From the NCBI RefSeq assembly GCF_000341895.1, contig NC_020409.1, positions 1,830,001 to 1,862,000 of the forward strand: 32,000 nucleotides of DNA, read 5' to 3'. The translations under genes and the position numbers were made by a program. Of the stretch, positions 7,538 to 14,327 are shown piece by piece. Source of the DNA: Pseudodesulfovibrio piezophilus C1TLV30 (GTDB lineage: Bacteria > Desulfobacterota > Desulfovibrionia > Desulfovibrionales > Desulfovibrionaceae). The notes under the pieces are model-generated. The model made no database searches, was not told where the DNA came from, and saw only the letters and a program-made list of their open reading frames with translations. The first letter of the stretch is position 1. Each line of letters starts with the position of its first letter.

Positions 7538-9415
7538 ATGGCAAAAGAACCCAAACCGATCGAAGAACTGAGCATCTGGGATGATGCCAAGGCCATGATC
7601 GCCAAAGCCAGGGCCGAGGGCATTGAAACCGTCCACGAACGCTTGGCGCAGCAGACTCCCCACTGTAAATTCTGTGAGTTGGGCACGACCTGCCGCAACT
7701 GTACCATGGGTCCATGTCGTATCAGCGCAAAGATGCCCCGAGGCGTCTGTGGTGCCGATGCCGATGTCATCGTGGCCCGCAACTTTGGCCGATTCATTGC
7801 TGGAGGCTCCGCTGGTCACTCCGACCATGGCCGGGACCTGATCGAAGTCCTGGAAGCCATCATCGAAGGGGAAACCAAGGATTACAAGATCACGGATGAA
7901 GCCAAGCTGAAAGCGCTTGCCGCTGAAACCGGCATTGAAGTCGAAGGCCGCGAACTCAAGGATGTGGCCACCGATGTCATGGAAAACTTTTTCGCCGATT
8001 TCGGTTCACGCAAAAAGGAAATATCCTTCCTGTCCCGCGTGCCTCAAAAACGCAAGGACATCTGGGCCAAACTCGGCATGACGCCTCGCGGTGTCGATCG
8101 TGAAATCGCCGAGATGATGCACCGCACCCATATGGGATGTGACAATGACGCGCCCAACACCATGATCCACGCGGCCCGGACCTCTTTGTCCGATGGTTGG
8201 GGTGGTTCCATGATCGGCACGGAACTTTCCGATGTCATTTTCGGCACCCCGACCCCAAAAATGTCCACCGCCAATCTCGGTGTTATCAAGGAAGACAAAG
8301 TCAATATCCTGGTTCATGGGCACAACCCCGTGGTTTCCGAGATGATCCTGGCCGCTGCCCGTGATCCCGAACTGGTGGAAAAAGCAGAAAAACTGGGAGC
8401 CAAAGGCATCAACGTCGCGGGCCTGTGCTGCACCGGTAACGAGTTGCTCATGCGCCAGGGAATTCCCATGGCAGGGAACCACCTGATGACCGAACTGGCC
8501 ATCATCACCGGAGCAGTCGAGGCCGTGGTCGTCGATTACCAATGTATCATGCCCAGCCTGGTTCAAATCGCAGGCTGCTATCATACCAAATTCATTGACA
8601 CGGCCAACAAGGCGCGCTTCAGCGGAGCCATTCACTTTGATATTGAACCGCATAACGCCCTGCAACAGGCCAAGGAAATCGTCAACCTGGCTATTGAAGG
8701 CTTTGCAGAGCGTGACGCAGGTCGCGTTGATATTCCCTGCGAGCCTGTCGAGATCATGACCGGTTTCTCCAATGAGGCTGTCATCGCAGCCTTGGGAGGC
8801 TCTCTGGACCCGTTAGTCCAGGCCATCGCCGCAGGCGACATCCGGGGTGCAGTCGGTATTGTCGGCTGTAACAACCCCAAGATCAAACAGGATTCCATGA
8901 ATGTGGAGCTTGCCAAGGAATTGATCAAGAAAGATATCCTGGTTCTGGTCACCGGCTGTGTCACCACCGCGGCAGGAAAGGCAGGGCTGCTGGTGCCCGA
9001 CGCCATTGAAATGGCTGGCCCAGGTCTCAAGAAAGTCTGTGGCGCGCTGGGGATTCCCCCGGTGCTGCATTACGGCTCCTGCGTTGACAACGCCCGTATC
9101 CTGCAACTGTGCGCAGCCCTGGCAAACGCACTGAATGTTGATATTTCCGACCTACCCGTAGGCGCATCTTCGCCTGAATGGTACTCGGAAAAAGCCGCTG
9201 CTATCGGCCTTTACGCCGTGGCCAGCGGAATTTACACCCACCTCGGCCATCCGCCGAACATCCTTGGCTCCGAAGTCGTCACAGACCTCGCGACATCCGG
9301 ACTCGAGGACCTGGTCGGCGCAACCTTCTTCATCGAACCAGACATGGTAAAAACCGCTGAAATGTTTGATGAAAGGATAAAAGCGAAGCGCAAGGGCCTC
9401 GGTCTGAGCGAATAG
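7538..9415 (+). CDS. cooS: anaerobic Ni-Fe carbon-monoxide dehydrogenase catalytic subunit CooS
   Basis: N-terminal Cys cluster HCKFCELGTTCRNCTMGPCRI, then HSDHGR, VHGHNP, CCTGNE and GSCVDN motifs typical of CooS/hybrid-cluster-fold CODH. The ATG at 7538 with GGAGGA at 7528-7533 is preferred over the TTG at 7526. Confidence 0.97.
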   Translation: MAKEPKPIEELSIWDDAKAMIAKARAEGIETVHERLAQQTPHCKFCELGTTCRNCTMGPCRISAKMPRGVCGADADVIVARNFGRFIAGGSAGHSDHGRDLIEVLEAIIEGETKDYKITDEAKLKALAAETGIEVEGRELKDVATDVMENFFADFGSRKKEISFLSRVPQKRKDIWAKLGMTPRGVDREIAEMMHRTHMGCDNDAPNTMIHAARTSLSDGWGGSMIGTELSDVIFGTPTPKMSTANLGVIKEDKVNILVHGHNPVVSEMILAAARDPELVEKAEKLGAKGINVAGLCCTGNELLMRQGIPMAGNHLMTELAIITGAVEAVVVDYQCIMPSLVQIAGCYHTKFIDTANKARFSGAIHFDIEPHNALQQAKEIVNLAIEGFAERDAGRVDIPCEPVEIMTGFSNEAVIAALGGSLDPLVQAIAAGDIRGAVGIVGCNNPKIKQDSMNVELAKELIKKDILVLVTGCVTTAAGKAGLLVPDAIEMAGPGLKKVCGALGIPPVLHYGSCVDNARILQLCAALANALNVDISDLPVGASSPEWYSEKAAAIGLYAVASGIYTHLGHPPNILGSEVVTDLATSGLEDLVGATFFIEPDMVKTAEMFDERIKAKRKGLGLSE

Positions 9416-9439
9416 CACGGCAATCACCTTCTTAGGCAG

Positions 9440-9468
9440 GGGGGAGTCTTCTTCACCAAGGCTCCCCC
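9440..9468 (+). promoter_or_regulatory. 11-bp stem-loop 25 nt after the cooS stop (attenuator or RNA-stability element; no U-tract)
   Basis: gggggagtctt (9440-9450) pairs with aaggctccccc (9458-9468), with one G-U pair and a 7-nt loop. It is followed by tatgtcgc, so it is not a canonical intrinsic terminator. Confidence 0.4.
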
Positions 9469-9619
9469 TATGTCGCTCCTGTCAGCTCTCCGAAATCGAC
9501 AGGCATTCCAGAGAAAAAAGATTGTCACACAGCTCGATTTTACATTTCAAACACACTGGAACATGATGGAACATCGGCAATTCCTTTCGGACAGGTGAAC
9601 CGGCTCAGGAGGCTTTTTT

Positions 9620-10405
9620 ATGAAAATAGCATTTGCAGGCAAGGGCGGCGTCGGAAAGACATCACTGGCAGCATGGACGGCCGACTGGCTGGCTCGTCAC
9701 GGCAAGAATGTCTGGATGGTGGATGCGGACACAGCCCTTTCTCTGGGACAGGCATCAGCCATTGACCAAGAGCATCTCCCTGAACCGCTTATTCGCCGCG
9801 AAGACCTCGTGCGCGAACGCATCCACGCCGGAGGGTTCCTCAACCTGAATCCCGATGTCGGCGATCTGCCGGAGACTCTGGCTGTCGATGTTCCACTCGG
9901 TGGTCCGGTCGCGGAAGGAATCTCCCCTGGTCGCAAACGTCTTATCGTCATGGGAGCCGTGACCAATGCCGGTGGAGGATGTGCCTGTGACGCCAACGCC
10001 CTGCTCAAGGCGCTGCTGGCACATATTGTCATGGATCGGGACGAATGGGTCCTGGTTGACCTGGAAGCCGGAGTCGAACACCTCGGCCGAGGCACAGTGA
10101 CCCATGTGGATGGACTGGTCGTGGTCAGTGAACCCTCCATGCGCAGCCTCCAGACCGGAGCGGAAGTGGGAAGAATGGCCTCGGATCTCGGCCTGACCAA
10201 TCAGGCATTGGTCATTAACCGCTACCTCGGCGGTGAACCTCCGAAACTCGACGGACTCCCGAAATGGTCTCTCACCATCCCACCGTTACCCGGACTTATA
10301 GAAAAGCAAATGTCCAACGCCTCAGTGCTCGGTCTGCCTGAAGCCGCCCTCCTTGATGCCGCAGTGGAGAGCGTTATAACCCACCTGAAAGCAACTGTCG
10401 GGTAG
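9620..10405 (+). CDS. cooC: CO dehydrogenase nickel-insertion ATPase CooC
   Basis: MKIAFAGKGGVGKTS P-loop of the MinD/ParA type, the CooC-typical Cys-x-Cys metal motif (GGGCACDAN), and a position downstream of cooS. AGGAGG lies 8 nt upstream of the ATG. Confidence 0.92.
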   Translation: MKIAFAGKGGVGKTSLAAWTADWLARHGKNVWMVDADTALSLGQASAIDQEHLPEPLIRREDLVRERIHAGGFLNLNPDVGDLPETLAVDVPLGGPVAEGISPGRKRLIVMGAVTNAGGGCACDANALLKALLAHIVMDRDEWVLVDLEAGVEHLGRGTVTHVDGLVVVSEPSMRSLQTGAEVGRMASDLGLTNQALVINRYLGGEPPKLDGLPKWSLTIPPLPGLIEKQMSNASVLGLPEAALLDAAVESVITHLKATVG

Positions 10406-10429
10406 ACCACCTGCACTTTTCTGCCATGT

Positions 10430-10455
10430 GCCCCGAAAAATTTTCCCATCGGGGC
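10430..10455. terminator. Weak hairpin between convergent cooC and the SBP-like gene
   Basis: gccccga (10430-10436) pairs with tcggggc (10449-10455), with a 12-nt A/T-rich loop. The stem is only 7 bp and there is no clear U-tract. Confidence 0.25.
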
Positions 10456-10531
10456 AAACCTGCTTTGAACTTCAGTGAAGAGTCTGGACGGACGTCCTGA
10501 AAGAGCTGTTGAACATGGAAGGCACCAGCGG

Positions 10532-11329
10532 CTACCGCGTGCGTAACCTCTTGTAGAAACGCGCCTTGATTCGATTGATTTCACCACTTTCAACAAGAAT
10601 CCGCATTTGCCGATTCATCTCTTTCAAGTATTTGACAAATATGGATTTTCTAGAAAGGACCATATACACATTCTGCTTCTCTCGGTAAATAAAATCAGCT
10701 TTGCTCACCACATCTTCCATACCCAACTGCGCCCGCCGATACTCTCCTGCTGACTCTGTCATGATAAAGGCGTTGATCCGACCGGCCAGCAACATCTTGA
10801 AATTCAATTCCGTGCGTGTCACCGGAGATTTCATAATCCGTTTATCTTTGTCGAATGCGGGATAATACTTCGCTCCAACGATAGTTCCGAGAGTTTTACC
10901 AATGAGGTCTTCATGGCGACGTATGGAAGATTCACGTCCCTTCAGAACAAAAAAAGCTTTGTTTGAGAATTTTTTATACGCCGGTTCGATAAAATAGAGG
11001 TCTTTCTCACGGTCTCTGCGCTTAAAAACTCCGGTGACGATGTCCACTTCTCCGATCGCCGCCATTTCCAGGGCACGCTTGAATGGATAATCCACAAATT
11101 CAAGGCCCAGGCCAACCCTTTCCGCAAGGACACGAAGCAGCTCTATGTCAATACCACCATACCCTCCGTCCGCTTCCCGAACCTTCCAGGGCGGATGTTC
11201 GCTAAATCCCACACGGAGTACAGACCGCTGACAAAAGACCGAAACCGGAAAGAGCAGCAGCATACACAGGCTCGCGGAGAGGATGAACGGCATCCATGCT
11301 TTGAAAAAGCTGACAGGGAAAGTCATCAT
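10532..11329 (-). CDS. secreted solute-binding-protein-like protein (family 3 SBP), orphan
   Basis: RVGFSEHPPWKV..GGYGGIDIELLRVLAERVGL..VDIV resembles the SBP_bac_3 N-lobe. Signal-like MMTFPVSFFKAWMPFILSASLCMLLLFPVSVFC follows the ATG-ATG at 11329/11326. An alternative GTG start at 11440 has a strong GGAGGG with a 5-nt spacer. Low G+C: lines 10561-10620 and 10621-10680 are 26/60 and 19/60 by hand count. Confidence 0.65.
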   Translation of the reverse strand: MMTFPVSFFKAWMPFILSASLCMLLLFPVSVFCQRSVLRVGFSEHPPWKVREADGGYGGIDIELLRVLAERVGLGLEFVDYPFKRALEMAAIGEVDIVTGVFKRRDREKDLYFIEPAYKKFSNKAFFVLKGRESSIRRHEDLIGKTLGTIVGAKYYPAFDKDKRIMKSPVTRTELNFKMLLAGRINAFIMTESAGEYRRAQLGMEDVVSKADFIYREKQNVYMVLSRKSIFVKYLKEMNRQMRILVESGEINRIKARFYKRLRTR

Positions 11330-11518
11330 AGGACCATAGAGATTTGAGAGGAGTAAATCAATGGCTATTCGAGAATATGCCGGGTCCTCTCCCCAACCTC
11401 TGCAAAAAGAGGAAAGCAAAGAATCCCCGGCACCCCGCACACATGCCCTCCGAGATCAGGCTGCCTCGCTATGTGAGACAGATAGGATCAGGAAATTGAA
11501 TAAAAAACCGTTATGTGC

Positions 11519-12925
11519 TCAAATTAATGACGAAACTTCACGCTCGTCCAGTAAAAAATACGCATGCAGGGTACGTAACTCCTCGTTGTGAATCTCGATC
11601 AATTGCTTTTGAATCAACGGGGAGTCTTCTTCCCGGCATCGCCTAAAATTGCGGGAGAGAATGAATTGCCGTGAAAACTCCTGGTCCATGGTTTCCTCAG
11701 GTATGTACTTTTCCGGGCCAAACGACATGCGCCGAAAGAAAAACGGTGGGAAGGAACTGACCCGATTGAGACTGTACCCCCTATTCTTGACCCTATATTG
11801 ACCAACCATCCTGCCGCAGACAGTATCAAGATGGCCCAATTTTTCCTGAAGAGCCTCCTTGCTCCGAGTCATATCTCCGAGCAGAGAAGCATACCGCTCC
11901 TCAAGGATGATGAGTTTTCCCGTCAGATGACCCCGTCTCCGCTCCACATGCCTGTAATTGGCAATGGCAACATCAACATGCTCCCATTGTTTATTCAACA
12001 CTGCCTGCCGGGCATGGGTCAATCCAGCGGCAACTTTCCCATAGCCAGGATACGGATCATCACTACAATAGCCAACGGCAGTCACCCCTCCAGCGGCAAG
12101 GGTTCCGACAGCATATAAAATCCATCCCTTGAGAGTCAGAACGGCAAATGGGCTTATCTCAAATGATGCCATGGCCACTCGAAGCGCCATGAAACAATCC
12201 GGGGCTGAGGAAGAAAGACAATGCCCCGCGAATAAATTGATACCCATGATCACTTGCACCAGAACAAGAAGAGTGCAGACACCGACCACTCGATTGAGCA
12301 CATGACAATGATTGAGCCATGGCAATGCCTTCCTGCCCAGAAGCCACCCACCAAGGAGATTGCAGAAAGAAAGAATGATGATCTGAACAACGCCATGGAA
12401 AAGGCCGAGGTTTCCACTGAATGAAAGAATCACCGAGCTCAAACAGATTTCGACAAGTGCGATGGCCCCAAGCCGAACACTGAGTTCTCCAGGTTTCATG
12501 GGGGGGTGCGGATTTCGATTCAAGTTGTTTTTCGAAATAAAAGTTCTGACCTCGGTTTCACGGTCGGCAACCTGGTCACGCAAAATCTCGACAGCATGCG
12601 CCTCCATTGTACGGGAGTCGGCATTGATTCGCTTCAAATCATCGGGAAGCCCCTTCAGGTCTTCCACGATGCGGCTATGATAGATGGCTGAAAGCCGCTT
12701 TCTCAGCTCCGAGAGGGTCGCCAGAACCGCCTTTTTTTCCTCTTTTGCTTTTTTCTCAAAATATCGCACAATCGATAATTCGTTTGCAGTTGGTTGTGTT
12801 GCATCAGGAGCTGGAATCAATTTACGAGCATCATCCCTCGCAAGGGAATCAATATCAAGATCTTGAGCCAAGACTTCAGAATCAAAAGAAATTACCCCAC
12901 TCATTTCACGCTTCTTTCGTGCCAT
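11519..12925 (-). CDS. hypothetical membrane protein: charged helical N-domain, four TM segments, helical C-domain
   Basis: Long ORF in the supplied track. The ATG at 12925 is preceded by GGAGGGGAAGGG; the track start is TTG at 12952. Hydrophobic segments are LGAIALVEICLSSVILSF, VVQIIILSFCNLLGGWLLG, VVGVCTLLVLVQVIMGINLFAG and GWILYAVGTLAAGGVTAVGY. I recognise no family motif. Confidence 0.7.
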   Translation of the reverse strand: MARKKREMSGVISFDSEVLAQDLDIDSLARDDARKLIPAPDATQPTANELSIVRYFEKKAKEEKKAVLATLSELRKRLSAIYHSRIVEDLKGLPDDLKRINADSRTMEAHAVEILRDQVADRETEVRTFISKNNLNRNPHPPMKPGELSVRLGAIALVEICLSSVILSFSGNLGLFHGVVQIIILSFCNLLGGWLLGRKALPWLNHCHVLNRVVGVCTLLVLVQVIMGINLFAGHCLSSSAPDCFMALRVAMASFEISPFAVLTLKGWILYAVGTLAAGGVTAVGYCSDDPYPGYGKVAAGLTHARQAVLNKQWEHVDVAIANYRHVERRRGHLTGKLIILEERYASLLGDMTRSKEALQEKLGHLDTVCGRMVGQYRVKNRGYSLNRVSSFPPFFFRRMSFGPEKYIPEETMDQEFSRQFILSRNFRRCREEDSPLIQKQLIEIHNEELRTLHAYFLLDEREVSSLI

Positions 12926-13073
12926 CCCTTCCCCTCCATAAAAGGATTTCAATATATGTAAACTTATACCTATTCATTGATGTCTACACGAAAAGGAGTC
13001 CTCCCACAAGGGGCTTATATTTCTTTTGCACTTCCTGACAAAATCGGTTCAATTGTGGAGAGGAAAGAATAGA

Positions 13074-13550
13074 ATGATGGAAAAATTTCGCGCAGCAATG
13101 GCGCATTCCTTCAATGACACCCTGGAGAAAACCATGCAATCCTACAGAAAACAGCTCAAATTCGTTGTCCCAAAGCGGCGCGGCTTCATCAATATCACAC
13201 CCGACTGCGAAGAAGCTCTCAGGGAATCAGGCATCAGTGAAGGGCTGATGCTTGTCAATGCCATGCACATAACAGCCTCGGTTTTTATCAACGATGATGA
13301 AGCCGGCCTTCATCATGATTACGAAGTCTGGTTGGAAAAGCTCGCACCACATGAGCCGGTCAGTCAATATCGACACAACGGATATGAAGACAATGCAGAT
13401 GCGCACATGAAACGTCAGATAATGGGCCGAGAAGTAGTCGTTGCCATTACTGCCGGTCGGCTCGACTTCGGAACCTGGGAGCGCATATTTTACGGGGAAT
13501 TCGATGGACGAAGAGAAAAAAGTGTTCTCATCAAAATCATAGGAGACTGA
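13074..13550 (+). CDS. YjbQ/UPF0047 family protein (secondary thiamine-phosphate synthase-like)
   Basis: [75 protein letters not shown] is the typical YjbQ pattern. Candidate starts are the ATG at 13074 (GGAGAGGAAAG upstream) or the ATG at 13134 (GGAGA upstream), which gives the more usual 139 aa. Confidence 0.85.
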   Translation: MMEKFRAAMAHSFNDTLEKTMQSYRKQLKFVVPKRRGFINITPDCEEALRESGISEGLMLVNAMHITASVFINDDEAGLHHDYEVWLEKLAPHEPVSQYRHNGYEDNADAHMKRQIMGREVVVAITAGRLDFGTWERIFYGEFDGRREKSVLIKIIGD

Positions 13551-13562
13551 TACCAGGAGTGG

Positions 13563-14117
13563 TTATCTGGTTTCTGCCAAGTAACCCAGCTCTCGCGAAA
13601 AATCATCAGTGTCTCTGGCCTGTCCGTGGAGCAGATGTCCAAGCCGCATCATCTTTCCGGCGGGAAAATCCTTTGACCAACGGTCATAGTACCCTGAAAA
13701 GCCATACATCCAGAGCATTTCCGAGGTCTGCGTAAAGACCTGTCCGGCCAAGGTCTGCCAGTCGGTCATGGCGGAAATGCTCCAGACCGGATGCTCCACA
13801 CCACCGGCTTCGCGCTTCCCCTTGAACTCTATATCCACCTGAAGCACACCACCCGGTCCGGGTATGATCGTCCAGTAATACAACCAGCCTTCACCACCCC
13901 ACTCAAATTCAAAATGGCGATAGTCTTCAAGCAAGTCTGGCAACGCCTCCAACTGATATAAATCACAGAGACAGGAAAAAAGATCCTTGAGCGGCTCGGA
14001 AAAACTGCAACTCACACTCAGATCATAGTGTTCCCCGTCATGTACAATACGTGCTTCCAGCCATCCGGCACGGACTTCTGTCAGAAACAACTCGAATTGC
14101 TTTTCAGCCATGGGCAC
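13563..14117 (-). CDS. hypothetical cytoplasmic protein, Trp-rich, no recognisable family
   Basis: The 184-aa ORF has no hydrophobic segments and 8 Trp residues. The GTG at 14117 or the ATG at 14111 (GAGG 5 nt upstream) could be the start. It converges on yjbQ with only a 12-nt gap. Confidence 0.55.
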   Translation of the reverse strand: MPMAEKQFELFLTEVRAGWLEARIVHDGEHYDLSVSCSFSEPLKDLFSCLCDLYQLEALPDLLEDYRHFEFEWGGEGWLYYWTIIPGPGGVLQVDIEFKGKREAGGVEHPVWSISAMTDWQTLAGQVFTQTSEMLWMYGFSGYYDRWSKDFPAGKMMRLGHLLHGQARDTDDFSRELGYLAETR

Positions 14118-14327
14118 CTCGCTTTATTGCTTGGGCGAACTGTACACAAAGAGACCTGATTGATCAAAAAAACATGATCTCCCAAGATGGGGTGAAACGA
14201 CGGTCTGTTACGGTTGGCAAAGGGATGCTTTCAAGAATAAAAAACACCACGTCCTTCCTCCCAACAGGAAGAATCCATGTGTCCAGATCAATCATATTCC
14301 TGGATTGCCGAGACCGACAGCATGCAG

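Noticed and set aside
11361-11591. 76-aa plus-strand ORF in the spacer between the 468-aa gene and the SBP-like gene
   Set aside because: It overlaps the 3' end of the 468-aa gene on the opposite strand. It has no RBS and a low-complexity, Ser/Lys/Arg-rich translation.
14164-14295. 43-codon minus-strand ORF (MIDLDTWILPVGRKDVVFFILES...) in the spacer between the hybrid kinase and the 184-aa ORF
   Set aside because: It has no convincing RBS (AGGAA only 1-2 nt from the ATG) and nothing recognisable in the peptide. It cannot be supported without expression data.
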